A stretch of 64,000 nt of DNA from Histomonas meleagridis 2922-C6/04-290x. Taxonomy: Eukaryota; Protista; Parabasalia. This document shows positions 43,623 through 55,148 of this stretch, in pieces (the stretch's first letter is position 1; every line of letters starts with the position of its first letter). Where the stretch lies: contig JAANOX010000117.1 in the NCBI GenBank assembly GCA_020184695.1, forward strand, positions 248,001 to 312,000. Reading direction: 5' to 3'. The notes below the pieces were generated by a model that worked only from the letters and a program-made list of their open reading frames with translations, searched no databases and was not told where the DNA came from. The position numbers and the translations under genes are program-made.

Positions 43623-45665
43623 ATGAAGCAATGTTCTGATGAACAACGCATGGCAATTAATTCATCTATTGACAAACCTGTTGCAATTGTTGCATGTCCT
43701 GGCTCCGGAAAGACATTTACAATCATAAATCGAATTGGACATTTAATACAATCAGGGTTTCAACCAAACGAATTACTTGTCATTACCTTCACTCGTAAGG
43801 CTTCACAAGAGCTTCGTGAACGAATTAAATCAATTGGAGTCAATATCACAAATTTTACAGTATCAACTTTTCATTCATTTGGACTTTCCATCCTCCGGAA
43901 ATTTGGTCACCTACTCAACCTAACCAAGTTTAACATCATATCACAAAGTGAACAAATTGGGATTTTACAATCAATTTCCGATGCTCCATTTAACAAGGAA
44001 ATTCTCCTTAAGCTCCAAATATACAAAACGCAAGGCCTTTGTAGTGATGATCTTGCCCCTATATTTGAGAAATATAATCAACAACTTCGATCTCAAAACT
44101 CATGCGATTACACAGATTTGATCACATTACCATTGGAGCTTCTCAAACATAACTCAGAAGTTCTCCAGTACTATCAGCGCCGCTTTAAATACGCTCTAGT
44201 TGATGAAATGCAAGATGTTTCCAAAGTTCAATTTGATCTGATGAAACTTATTTTTGGAGACCGTGGACGGCTCACAGTTGTCGGAGACGATGATCAAACA
44301 ATCTATAGTTGGCGAGGGGCAAGTTCTCGTCTTCTTCTTGACTTTTCAAATGTGTATCAAAATGCAATTGTTATACGTCTTACAACATGCTTCCGATGTC
44401 CGCCACATATTGTAAAGTCAATGTCGGGTGTGATCCAGTATAATAAGCTGAGAGTAAAGAAAGTGATAAAAAGCGCATTGAATGAAGAAAACATGAAAAA
44501 AATAACTGTCTATGGGGCCACCTCACCAAAAGATGAAGCAGAGCTAATACTAAATGATGTAGAAAGGGTTTTTGGAAGAGGATCAATTGCTATTTTGTTC
44601 AGAACAAGAAAAGCGGCAAATGTGATTAGAGGTGAATTAAAAAAAAGAAACATGGGCGTGTCGTTTGCTGATAAAGCAAGGTTTATTGAGACAAAAGAGG
44701 TGAATAAGGTTCTAAATATATTGCAGATGTTGGCTGGAATTCAATACAACAAAGATTACGCCGATAAGAAATCATTGAAAAAAATTTACGATTTTTATAA
44801 TTCAATGAAAAATGACGAAAACTTTTTAAATATAAAATCGTTAAAGAATATCAACAAAAAAGTGGCAAAGCCGATAGAGAACGATATGGCTGAAGAAGAA
44901 ATAATTGAAAGTTTAAGAAATTCATTTCAATCAATATCCATTCATGATGCCGTATGTATCATTACATCTGCGTTAAAACTTAATTCATCTGGTATTGAAT
45001 CGTTAGTGAAAGAAGCAAAGAAAACAGAAGATGAATCATTTCAAGATTTTTTAGACAGTGTTCGAACAGAAACATCTGAAGAAACGGGACAAAACGGAAT
45101 CCATATGAGTACAATTCATCAGGCAAAAGGTCTTGAATGGGATTATGTTTTTTTAATTGGAGCAACAAAAGGATCATGGCCACAAAGGGATTGTAGCGAT
45201 GAACAAATGGAAGAAGAAAGAAGACTGTTTTATGTCGCAATGAGCCGTGCTAAAAAAGATTTGACGATTTCGTTCCTCAAGGATTACGGGCCATCGGTTT
45301 TCCTCGATGAAGTTCCCGAATTGTATGTCGATGAAAAAGTTCATATTGAACAAGAAACCGAAATCGATAGAAAACCGTCGAAAAGTGCAATGCCGGCGGT
45401 TTTCTCGTCTGTGTTGAAGATTCATCAGGCAAATTCTCAGCCAAGAGATTACCCAGGGTTTACGATGGCATCTAAGATTGGTTCTAACTCACAGGATATT
45501 GATTGGACTGCGAAACAAAATGATTCTCAAGAATTAAAAAATGGAAATCATCTCAAACTAGTTCAAGCAAACCTACAGAGGAAAGCGCCTCAACCTCAGA
45601 AACGTTTGAAGCCGCACTTAACCTTAATTGAAGAGAAAACTATGAATAATCAATCAACAAAATAA
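43623..45665 (+). CDS. UvrD/REP (superfamily 1) DNA helicase
   Basis: ACPGSGKT, ITFTRKA, STFHS, LVDEMQD, VVGDDDQTIYSWRGA, AILFRT, STIHQAKGLEWDYVF, EEERRLFYVAMSRAK. Confidence 0.95.
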   Translation: MKQCSDEQRMAINSSIDKPVAIVACPGSGKTFTIINRIGHLIQSGFQPNELLVITFTRKASQELRERIKSIGVNITNFTVSTFHSFGLSILRKFGHLLNLTKFNIISQSEQIGILQSISDAPFNKEILLKLQIYKTQGLCSDDLAPIFEKYNQQLRSQNSCDYTDLITLPLELLKHNSEVLQYYQRRFKYALVDEMQDVSKVQFDLMKLIFGDRGRLTVVGDDDQTIYSWRGASSRLLLDFSNVYQNAIVIRLTTCFRCPPHIVKSMSGVIQYNKLRVKKVIKSALNEENMKKITVYGATSPKDEAELILNDVERVFGRGSIAILFRTRKAANVIRGELKKRNMGVSFADKARFIETKEVNKVLNILQMLAGIQYNKDYADKKSLKKIYDFYNSMKNDENFLNIKSLKNINKKVAKPIENDMAEEEIIESLRNSFQSISIHDAVCIITSALKLNSSGIESLVKEAKKTEDESFQDFLDSVRTETSEETGQNGIHMSTIHQAKGLEWDYVFLIGATKGSWPQRDCSDEQMEEERRLFYVAMSRAKKDLTISFLKDYGPSVFLDEVPELYVDEKVHIEQETEIDRKPSKSAMPAVFSSVLKIHQANSQPRDYPGFTMASKIGSNSQDIDWTAKQNDSQELKNGNHLKLVQANLQRKAPQPQKRLKPHLTLIEEKTMNNQSTK

Positions 45666-45834
45666 TTTGTATTTATAAATAAAAATGTTTGCATTTTCAA
45701 TTCCAATTTTAAATGGAAAATGAGATGTGCAGTTTGTCTGGACGAACGCCTTAAGAAAACAAAGAGCCAATGTTTTCACACTATTTCATCCAATTTATTC
45801 AAACAGAGTAAGTCAATGTGTGGAAATTGGAGAA

Positions 45835-46152
45835 ATGGGAAAAATAAGGCGAATAAAGAAGAAGCTACGAAAAATGAAAGAAGAAGATCATAGCAAAGCT
45901 TATGAGGAAGATGGTGAACAAAGTGAAATCAAAAAAACAATAGAAGAATTAAAATCAAATAATCTGCCAACTGAGTTTTCATCGACGAAAGGAAAACATA
46001 TACCAGATCAAATTATTTCAGAAGCTGCAAGGACAGGTCAAATACGTGAATATCAACGATTTTTGAGAAAGAGATTGAAAGAATGGCAAATTCTTAAATT
46101 AAGAGGAACACAAATCTCAAGAGAAAGAAAGAAGTTCAGAAAGCTTGATTAA
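45835..46152 (+). CDS. Small basic hypothetical protein
   Basis: MGKIRRIKKKLRK...; K/R/E-rich ORF from ATG 45835. Confidence 0.6.
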   Translation: MGKIRRIKKKLRKMKEEDHSKAYEEDGEQSEIKKTIEELKSNNLPTEFSSTKGKHIPDQIISEAARTGQIREYQRFLRKRLKEWQILKLRGTQISRERKKFRKLD

Positions 46153-46499
46153 TATTAGATTTGATGACTCATTTCAACCGAAATTAAATTATTATCAAAA
46201 GTAATTTCAACTCTGGTCGTAATAATGTGTTAAATAACTCAAAAGCATCAATAAACGTGACATATTTTTGTTGAAATATAATCAAAACCTTTTTAAAATT
46301 AAAGTTTGTTATTCTTTTTCATAATATATATATATATATATGAAGATATCATTTAGATAAAATTCAAATGTTGTTCCATCTATTATTTTCATTTACATAA
46401 CTAACAAAGTGTTAAATATTTAACTGAAGCAAAAAATACTGAATAATTAATAAATATTTCTTCATTAAATCAGCTAATTAGATTAGATAAGTATGAGTC

Positions 46500-46890
46500 A
46501 TGATAAACAACAAAACATGTTAATCAACCAAATCCAAGTCCGTGGCTTTAATTGTGCTCTGGACGACCATTAAATGCACGTGCATTTGAAACATTAATTT
46601 AGATACCATTTGCTTCAAATTTGGATACATTATTAACATTGGTAATATGATTGTATACAATTATTGAATACATTAATTAAATCGTTTGTACCCTTGAGGG
46701 TTCCTTATAGTAAATGATCTGTAAATTATAATTTTTGTGATTCGGTTGCATTGAGAAAGCAAAACCTTCTCAAATTATTTATACCATATGGATATCAACT
46801 GAGGTTGAAAGCAGCTCTGGTGACATAAAAGTATTATCCGATCCCTTTATATCTTTTTTTGTATGTGCATTTAATAGCATCCATTGATTA
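46500..46890 (-). pseudogene. Possible decayed kinase C-lobe relic
   Basis: GSDNTFMSPELLS...VDI (APE/DxxxxG-like) and later MYPNLKQMVSKL in broken frames. Confidence 0.25.
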
Positions 46891-46985
46891 CTAAAAAATT
46901 ACCAAATCACAAATAAATATATTTCAAATTTTTATATTGTATCAAAATCAAAATAATTAATTTTTATTATACATCCATATTTGCA

Positions 46986-47960
46986 TTATAACCAATTTTC
47001 TTCATCTTCTTTAACAATATCTGCAACTAAATAATATACATTATCACTTTGCTTTGTGCTTGATGTTATTGAATCTTTGAAGTGTAACTTTGAAGTAGTT
47101 TTATCTTTTTTATTGTTATATTTAACTAAAAATATAACAATTCCGATAATTATTAAAACAAATGCAATTGATCCACAAATTTTTCCAATTAAAGCTGGTG
47201 TTGTAATTCCATTCGATGATTCATTTATAATATAACTTATATATGTGTAATAATTTGAATAATAATTATAATACGTCGAGTAAATAACAATTGTGTAATC
47301 ATAAAAAATAAATTCCGTTTCAATATATGAAAATGTTGAATGATTTATAAACAACTAAAATGATTTCGCTTGTGTTTCATAAATGGCAAATGAATGCTTA
47401 AATGATATTGAAATAGTAAATATATAAGAAAAAGATAAAGTTAAACAACTTTGAAGTGATTTTGTAAATGTATTTGATTTAGTTAATGTATTCGATTGCG
47501 GATATGTATTTGAACTTGAAAATGAATGTGTAAACAATGGTATGCAGGCTCCTCCTTCATAATCATTCACTGTAAATGGACCAAATCTTTCATCATCATA
47601 TGTTGGATATGTAAGAACTGTTGCATTAACTGAAGAAAATCCACTTTCTCTAATCGATGGATGTGAAATACCGTAATAATAAATACATTGAAGATTATAA
47701 CATTGCGAAAATGCACCATTTGCAATTACTGATAATCCTGTGCAAAGTGTTAATATCTTTAACCCATAACAACATGAAAATGCTGATGTTCCAATGAATT
47801 GAACTGAATTTGGAATTGTAATATTTATTAGTGATGTACAATTTGCAAATGCATTATCTTCAATACTTGTTAATCCTTTGCCAAGTGTCAAAATTGTCAA
47901 ATTATAACAATTTGAAAATGCTGCGGATCCAATGCTTGTTACTGAATTACTAAAATTAAC
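46986..47960 (-). pseudogene. 5'-truncated BspA-type LRR surface protein with in-frame TAG before the stalk/TM
   Basis: TpLRR repeats (SVTSIGSAAFSNCYNL, LTSIEDNAFANCTSL, VQFIGTSAFSCCYGL), SNTF stalk, TAG at 47355-47357 with the frame continuing to TM ICGSIAFVLIIIGIVIFLV and tail VKEDEENWL*. No ATG upstream. Confidence 0.85.
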
Positions 47961-48066
47961 ACAAACTATTTGTATAAGAATTTATATTATTAAAAAAAAA
48001 TAACAGTGTAATTTTCCATTAAATGAGAACAAATCGTTAACAATAATTTTCACTTTTCTCATTTAC

Positions 48067-48480
48067 ATGGAAAGGAAAAAACCAAATGTAAGTCATAATG
48101 AATGGGAAATCCTTATATCATTATATATAACAATTTCTATGTTGAATAAAGAAAACACCACACAATCAGTTAATTAAATAATAAAAAAATTTGATGAAAA
48201 ACATACAATAACTTTCAACATACTTATAATTCATATGATATTTTTGTTTTATTCCTCAAGAAAAAATGATTTTGAACTTTATCTAAATTTTTTTAAAGAA
48301 ATCAATAAATTTGAAGAAATTAATAAATGTAATTCAAAAATATTTGAAATTTTTATAGCATATCTTTTCAAACAAGGAAATGAAGAATCAAAATATATAT
48401 TTAATGAAAATATGATTAAAAATGGTTTGCTTGATCCAAAATTTGTTTTATTTAATATCTTTTTAAAAAATTATGGATAA
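48067..48480 (+). pseudogene. N-terminal relic of the ankyrin-associated family
   Basis: MERKKPNVSHNEWEILISL...*IIKKF...YLNFFKEI...SKIFEIFIAYL aligns with MEQNSPMSNQIFNEWEALVSI...YLDFLNEI...SRIFDVFTHYL at 63581. Confidence 0.7.
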
Positions 48481-48668
48481 CAAAATAATATTTGGAAATT
48501 ATTCATATTATTTGCATCTACGAAAGGTCAGTAAAAATATATATGATAATGTTTTTGAACCTAAAATGAATTCTGGAAAATTGAAGTGATATGAAAACTG
48601 TCATTTCAACTATAACATTCTTTTTTAACGGCCGGTATCTCAAAAAGTGTATTTTTGTTATCCTGTTG

Positions 48669-49658
48669 ATGGAAGACAAAGGATTTGATGATCTTCCACC
48701 AGAAATCCAAAAAGTAATAGAACGAAAAAGCAGCAGAGACCCAGCTTCTAGATTTTCAAACAAATTACTGATTTTATTAAATTATGCAGGTGATGATGAA
48801 ACGAAACAAAACTTCGTTGGAGCAGGATGGGTTGACAAAAAGCATTTTAGAATCAACAAAAAGCGTCTTGTCGTTATCATGAAAATAAAAATCAATACAT
48901 TAAATGTAAATTTAAAAGACCTCAAATTTCACCAAATTCAAAACGATCAAAATGGTTGGACAACATGGGAGCGAGCTGGCTTTGCACAAGAAAGTACTGC
49001 TGTTGATCTTGCAGATGAAAAAATAATGAATGAAGATAAAACAAACTTTCCAAATTATACAAATAGTGAATCACCAAAATCTAAAATTTCACTACTTAGA
49101 GAAATCAATCTTGGAATGACATCAGCAAACACTATACAATCATTTAAGTCGATAATAATTTCAATTTGGGAAGAATTTACTGCAAATTCTACAAACAGAA
49201 ATAGTATTGCAACACCAGAGTTTCTTGAGATGGCTGCTAAAAGGTTTAGAGCTTCTCACCAGAAACTTGCAAATTCAAAAGTTGTATTAGAAACAATATT
49301 TAAATGCTTTGACCCAAACCAAATTACAGTAACAGATTTTGCAAGGTTTATTGCAAAGTTTGGACCAGAAGCAACTCTTATGCAAAAAATTGCTTCATTA
49401 TTAAAATCATCGAACGAAAACCAAAACTGGCTAAAAATCGTTCATGATCCTTATGCAATAAGTTCTGAGGGTGAAAGCATTTACGGCTTTTTTGATGAGA
49501 GCGAAGACAATTGTTTCGTGATTATAAGGAACGATAGAACAGTTTCTAAAGTTTACAACATGGTGGAAGAACCAGCGAGCGGAGAATATCTAATAGATTC
49601 ATCTGGAACAAAATATACATCTTGGCAAAACTACTTCGAAGTGCATCCTTCAATGTAA
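48669..49658 (+). CDS. Initiator-binding protein IBP39-like (IBD plus C-domain)
   Basis: LPPEIQKVIERKSSRDPASRFSNKL...IKINTLNVNLKDLKF..QNGWTTWERAGF closely matches the trichomonad IBP39 initiator-binding domain; C-domain motif FIAKFGPE..MQKI. Confidence 0.9.
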   Translation: MEDKGFDDLPPEIQKVIERKSSRDPASRFSNKLLILLNYAGDDETKQNFVGAGWVDKKHFRINKKRLVVIMKIKINTLNVNLKDLKFHQIQNDQNGWTTWERAGFAQESTAVDLADEKIMNEDKTNFPNYTNSESPKSKISLLREINLGMTSANTIQSFKSIIISIWEEFTANSTNRNSIATPEFLEMAAKRFRASHQKLANSKVVLETIFKCFDPNQITVTDFARFIAKFGPEATLMQKIASLLKSSNENQNWLKIVHDPYAISSEGESIYGFFDESEDNCFVIIRNDRTVSKVYNMVEEPASGEYLIDSSGTKYTSWQNYFEVHPSM

Positions 49659-49787
49659 GATATATTTTTTATTTGTTATTTGATTTTAGTAGAGCTCATT
49701 TCTGTTGAATAAATTTTTACGTATTTTTTAAAAAACTTTGTAGCAAAATGTTGAAAATGATGAAATGATTTTTGCTCCAAAAAAAAT

Positions 49788-49791
<4 letters not shown>

Positions 49792-49819
<28 letters not shown>
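49792..49819. repeat. (AT)14 microsatellite
   Basis: Direct reading; shorter AT runs at 19083-19099 and 46324-46341. Confidence 0.9.
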
Positions 49820-50192
49820 CAACAAAATTGATTGTTTAAATGAAATGAAAATTGAAGAATAAAAGGAAATGCTCTACGTTTTAGTACAGTCCATAGAGCA
49901 ACCTATGCTCTGTCAACACATTCTCTTGGGAAGTTTTATTTTTGCAGACGAATTTTGACCGGTGAATTACAACACAGCAGTTTATGGCGATATAACAACC
50001 GTCAGCGGAAAAGCATAGAAAAAAATCAAAACGGAAATCAGTTTAATAGAAATAAATTTTTTTTCAATGGCGTAAATTTGTACCAGAATTCTCTTGCCTG
50101 TAGATATATTCAATTTTGACAGCATTCGGTCTTATCGACGAACAGAAAATTGAGAAATATAAGCGTCACTTTTCAATCATTCGGATTTGAGG

Positions 50193-50522
50193 ATGGAATC
50201 GCAAGGACAGATAAAGGTTCGATTTGCCGAAGCACCAATCGTATTCCAGGCAAAGCATCTCCAATGGGCTGATCTCAGTCATTTGGTAGATGCTAAAATT
50301 GAACCAAAGAGCATTTTAAAAGAATCTAAGAAGCTCCCACTAATCACTTTGCAATCCCTATCCTCTGTTTTTCTCCTTTGTTTCATTTTCGCTGTTTTCA
50401 TATCTATCAGATTCATTGAGCGAACATTATTCAAAACAAATTTAGGCGATGCTACTCTTATTCGTTTCTGGTTACAAAGGTTCACTAATGTAGCAAGCCA
50501 TCCGGTTTCTCCCGACATTTAA
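50193..50522 (+). CDS. Small hypothetical membrane protein
   Basis: MESQGQIKVRF...; one hydrophobic segment; Inr-like TCACTT/TCATT upstream. Confidence 0.55.
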   Translation: MESQGQIKVRFAEAPIVFQAKHLQWADLSHLVDAKIEPKSILKESKKLPLITLQSLSSVFLLCFIFAVFISIRFIERTLFKTNLGDATLIRFWLQRFTNVASHPVSPDI

Positions 50523-51922
50523 ATATAACTATCCAACACATTCGAAATAAAACTTTCTCTATCCCGTATTTGTTTTTTTTTTTTGCAATCAAAAAGATGG
50601 GAAAGCCTAGTACCTTAGTGCAAGATTATACCCTCTGACTTGCGTTCATTGTAAATTTTGTTCCTTCTTTTTCATGCTTTAATGTTATTTCACTTTCCAT
50701 TTTTGTAACAAATTATTTTATCTTTGAATACAAAATATTCTATGAGTGTTGTCAATATATCAATAACCGACCAAACAATAAAAAAAGAAAGGAATGAGAA
50801 ATTAACACGTAATGTCTGCGCTTCGAAATAATACAAAATGTACATAAAGCTGCTACTACTATAATACAAAATGTGTGTGTTTATACCCGGATAAATTTAA
50901 TCAAGCATAAGCACATCATAACTTTATATAGTGGAGGTCATTTTTTCTATGAAGGTGAAAATGTATTTGGAAAATTTGAATCAAAAAATCTTAATACTTT
51001 TTCTTCAGTTAAACTTAAAATAGTTTTCTCGATTAGGAATTTCAAGCCGGTTGATAAATTATTCAACTTTTAATCTCTTGTGCTTATGGTAGTGATTCCA
51101 TCATTAGGCATGTGGTTCCTCATCTGAGGAAAGTTAAGCGTTGTTAGATGTTCTTCAGTAGAACCCGAACTTTTTCAATAGCACTCATTTTTGAGAACTT
51201 TATATCTAAATTAATCAAAGCATACTCAAAAAGTGAATTGAAGGCAGACGATAGGGAGTCAACTCTTTTTAAATGAAAATATCTCATTTTATCATCATTT
51301 GCTATTCATTAACATAGGTTACTTAGAATGCAAAGTATAATCTTCTATTAAAATTAAAAGTCTTTTTTTTCACTTTTTTCATATTTAAATTTTCCGAAAT
51401 TTCAAAGCACTTTTAAGTTTTTACAGTATCATCAGTGGCTCATATGAGCATACAGTGTGTGTAATTATTTAATATATCAAAATGAGAAAAAAATCAATAC
51501 CTAACTCAGAAAAGATTGCGGATATAAATTACAATTTCCAGAAAGATCGAGCAAGCATTTGACATTTTAGTGCCAAAGTTTCTAATGTACAAAATGTACT
51601 TTTTTTTTAATTTAAAAATAAAAAAATCTACCGAACAAATTTTCTTCTGTGTGTAATAATGTTATAGGCAATCGATTGAATGCAAAACGATCAAATACGA
51701 TAGAAATAAATGGACATCCGATCAAGCTCTTGTGAATATCAGAAATAAAAATTGATAAGTTTATTGAATATTTATATAGTTTATTTTGAACCGATAAAAT
51801 TTTTGCTTGAAGTGCGCACGTTTACTTCCATGTCTGCTTTGGTGTTGGCGGTTTTTGACAGTTTTGTATTCGGTTGTTTGGTTATTTTGTAACCGCTATG
51901 TGCATACGATAGAAATAAAAGA

Positions 51923-52501
51923 ATGAGCGAAGCAACAAGCCCTCAAAAAAAGCATAAAGTTGTGTTAATTGGTTCAAGCTCAGTTGGAAAAACAAGCATT
52001 GTTATCAGGTTTGCAAATAAGACTTTCCCAACATCACAAGAATCAACAATTGGTGCTGCATTTATTTCAAGGGATGTTCAAACACAAAAAGGAAACATAG
52101 TATCTCTTCATGTGTGGGATACAGCTGGGCAAGAAAGATATAGATCATTGGTTCCAAGGTATTCACAAGGTGCATCTGCAATTATTATTGTTTATGATGT
52201 AACTGATCCTGATTCTTTTGAAGAAGCAAAAGAGTGGCACAGAGAAACACGGGAAATTCAACATGAAGATGTAATTTGGTTTTTAGTTGGAAACAAATGT
52301 GATTTAAATGCAACTGTTGATCGTGAAAAAGCAAAAGAATTTGCTGAGGAAAATGGCCTTACATATTTTGAGACATCCGCAAAGACAGGACAGGGGGTTG
52401 AAGAACTATTTATACAAATTGCTTCTATGTTGAAAACTTTTCCAAGCAATGATGCAGTTGATTTAGATGGACAAGACGCCGATAAGAAACCATGCTGCTA
52501 G
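51923..52501 (+). CDS. Rab GTPase, Rab5-like subgroup
   Basis: GSSSVGKTS, effector STIGAAF, WDTAGQERYRSL, GNKCD, ETSAK, C-terminal CC prenylation site. Confidence 0.93.
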   Translation: MSEATSPQKKHKVVLIGSSSVGKTSIVIRFANKTFPTSQESTIGAAFISRDVQTQKGNIVSLHVWDTAGQERYRSLVPRYSQGASAIIIVYDVTDPDSFEEAKEWHRETREIQHEDVIWFLVGNKCDLNATVDREKAKEFAEENGLTYFETSAKTGQGVEELFIQIASMLKTFPSNDAVDLDGQDADKKPCC

Positions 52502-52754
52502 TGCTATTGATTGATAGTTAGAATTAAGATTATTTAGATTTAATTGACAAATCCAATATAATTTAAAACTTCAGAATTACGAAGCTCTCCTAATTTTTCA
52601 TTGTGAAGCCTTAATTCTTGAATTTATTAGCCTTGTGTTTATATTTTTTAAATCATCGCAACTTTTTTCAAAATTGTAAACGTTTTGTAACTTTTTCAAT
52701 TAAATTCAGATGTTTACTCAATCTGTTTTCTATGTTTTATACATTTGACAAAAA

Positions 52755-53594
52755 ATGAGAAATCCGCAGCGTTGGCTCATCTCTCCAAGTATTTGGAATC
52801 CATTGAACAAATTAGAAATGCACATTATTGCAATGGTACAAAAAATCCTTATGGTCAAGAATTTGGGCGAATTCTATCACTATTTCTCTTATCTCTTCAG
52901 TGTTCGTGTTCTTAGTTTTATTCCAATATTTCTTTACTCAATAGACATGAAATCTGCGGCTCAAGGAATGTCTTCTCAATTAGTATTTGCCTCATTCTTA
53001 ATTGCATTGATATCATTTGTAAATCCACGTGTAAGACCAGGTGGACATGGAACAGGCGGAGTTGTTCATGTGCCGTGCTTCCTTGGTTCCTCCATGTTAT
53101 TATTAACAATTGTATTGAACTATGCCCCATACCGAGAATTTCATTTTATTGTATTCATTTTAGCTGCACTTGATCAAATGGCTATTGGAAATATGTACTT
53201 GTCAGATTGTTTGATGGGCGTTTTCTTCGGAATTCTTATGAACAAGTTTAATCCCAGTGAAATATCAATAACACTTTATCTCATCCTCATGTTTGGTTCT
53301 ATGTTCTTCTGGTTCCCTGCTTCGGCAATTGTGTCAACTGCTTTACCAGTAATCTTATCTTCATCTATGATAAGAATCAGAAAAGAGTTCTGTTGGATTT
53401 CATTCTTGAAATTCTTGTTCTTTGAAGGTTTAAAGAAAATTGTTAACATTTCAACCGAATATGAAACCTTTATCTTTGATATAATATCATCAGCACTTTC
53501 ACTTTATCTTGTTCAAGTTGCAAGTGACTTCAACTCTTTCCGTTCAAGTGTAGGCTCTTCATTCCGTGAAACTTTCCATAAGTTTGGCTTCTAA
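52755..53594 (+). CDS. Multi-pass membrane protein, degenerate PAP2 phosphatase-like
   Basis: NPRVRPG (KxxxxxxRP-like) and MAIGNMYLSDCLMG (SRxxxxxHxxxD-like) are present, but the catalytic residues are altered. Confidence 0.55.
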   Translation: MRNPQRWLISPSIWNPLNKLEMHIIAMVQKILMVKNLGEFYHYFSYLFSVRVLSFIPIFLYSIDMKSAAQGMSSQLVFASFLIALISFVNPRVRPGGHGTGGVVHVPCFLGSSMLLLTIVLNYAPYREFHFIVFILAALDQMAIGNMYLSDCLMGVFFGILMNKFNPSEISITLYLILMFGSMFFWFPASAIVSTALPVILSSSMIRIRKEFCWISFLKFLFFEGLKKIVNISTEYETFIFDIISSALSLYLVQVASDFNSFRSSVGSSFRETFHKFGF

Positions 53595-53638
53595 ACCATG
53601 AATCGTTTTTATTTTTTTGTCAAACAAACTTTGTTAAT

Positions 53639-54037
53639 ATGCGGGGGTGCCCTATTGCGGCCGTTAAAATACAAATGCTCCCCAAAAGAAAACCAAAGCA
53701 AACACCTCCTTCATCTGAAAAAACGAACACTGATTCAATCACAGATATTCTGCAAAAACAAGTTGAAGAAGAAAGAAAAAAATTTAAAACAATTGAAGTG
53801 AATGAATCAACCCAAAATTCTGGGAAAAAAGTAATATACAAAAAAAGAACAGTCCAAGCAGATACTACAAAAGCCAATGAAGAAATTTTGCGATCAAATA
53901 AAAAATATTCTAATTCAGAAGTTTCAGCTGAAACACAAGCAGAATCTTTCCAACATACTCCAGAACCAACTGGTTTTACTTACTTTGATCGTCTGAATGA
54001 AAAAGATATATTTCTTGATCCTTTAACAAATTTCTAA
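53639..54037 (+). CDS. Hypothetical hydrophilic protein
   Basis: 132-aa ATG-initiated ORF between genes; no motif recognised. Confidence 0.6.
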   Translation: MRGCPIAAVKIQMLPKRKPKQTPPSSEKTNTDSITDILQKQVEEERKKFKTIEVNESTQNSGKKVIYKKRTVQADTTKANEEILRSNKKYSNSEVSAETQAESFQHTPEPTGFTYFDRLNEKDIFLDPLTNF

Positions 54038-54285
54038 TTAATATTCTTCTTCTCCTAACATTTTGATTTTTTGCTTCTTTATTGCAATTTTAAATCTTAA
54101 ATAATGAAATTGTTTAATTTAACTTTTCAAAAAGAGAAATATTTTTAAAAAAATGAAAGAATTATGTATTATTTAATAAAAAATAATAAAATTGAAAGAC
54201 AGAAAAAAGATGAGGAAATAATAACGAAAGAAAAACCTAAGCGATGTGATGATAACGTTAGCTTTGAGATAAATGAAATTTATAA

Positions 54286-55002
54286 ATGGAAGATAATCCA
54301 AATGAACAAAATGAAAAATCAGTAAAAGATTCTCAGCAAGATAACAAAGTACTAAAACACAAGAAAAAGATTAAAAAGTTGTATAAGTTTAGTGTTGATA
54401 TTGAAGAAGAGCCAAAAGAAATTAATAATTATGAAAATTCATGTCAAAAAGCCTTTCATAAGGAAGCTAATAATCTTTTTAAACATAAAAAGATTCGTCG
54501 AGCTTCTAGTATGGAGAAATTTTTTATTGGAGATCATATTGGTATTACAGAATCACAAAATCTTCAAACAAATTATCAGAAAGAAGAAATTTTGTTTGCT
54601 GCAAGAGCTCGTAGATTTTATGCATATAGTCATCTAATTGAAAGCATAATTTTAGTAACAAATCAAAATATATATATCCTAAATAACAGGATGGAAACAT
54701 TCGCTGAAACATTTCCAATCATAATTAAAAATATAGAAAAAATTTCGCTTTCAAATGAAAGTGATAATACAGTTGTAATACATTTAGGCGAATATAAATC
54801 GGAATTATTAATAACACCATACAAAGTAGAATTGGTATACATTATATCTTGTAGATTTGAGGAGTTGACAGGTAAAAAATTGGATATACATTTTTCAAAT
54901 ACAATCGAATTTCCTGTAAATATGGAAACAATGTTGGAAGTAGAATTTGTTCCAACTTCTGAAGGTGTCAGAACAACATTATATTATAAAGCAAACTCAT
55001 AA
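54286..55002 (+). CDS. Stand-alone myosin tail homology 1 (TH1)-like domain protein
   Basis: GDHIG...EEILFA...R...ILVTNQNIYIL...IEKISLS...VVIH...KVELV...LDIHFSNTIEF pattern of class I myosin TH1; no motor domain. Confidence 0.65.
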   Translation: MEDNPNEQNEKSVKDSQQDNKVLKHKKKIKKLYKFSVDIEEEPKEINNYENSCQKAFHKEANNLFKHKKIRRASSMEKFFIGDHIGITESQNLQTNYQKEEILFAARARRFYAYSHLIESIILVTNQNIYILNNRMETFAETFPIIIKNIEKISLSNESDNTVVIHLGEYKSELLITPYKVELVYIISCRFEELTGKKLDIHFSNTIEFPVNMETMLEVEFVPTSEGVRTTLYYKANS

Positions 55003-55148
55003 GAACTTCCAATAAAATAAAAAGAAAGAAATAAAACTATTATTTGAAAAATCTTTTATAACTATTATACATCTCTGAGTTTCTCTTAATTGAGGAAATG
55101 ATGAAAAATTTTATGGCACTTTTTCTGGGGAATCTGTACGTTTGTTAA

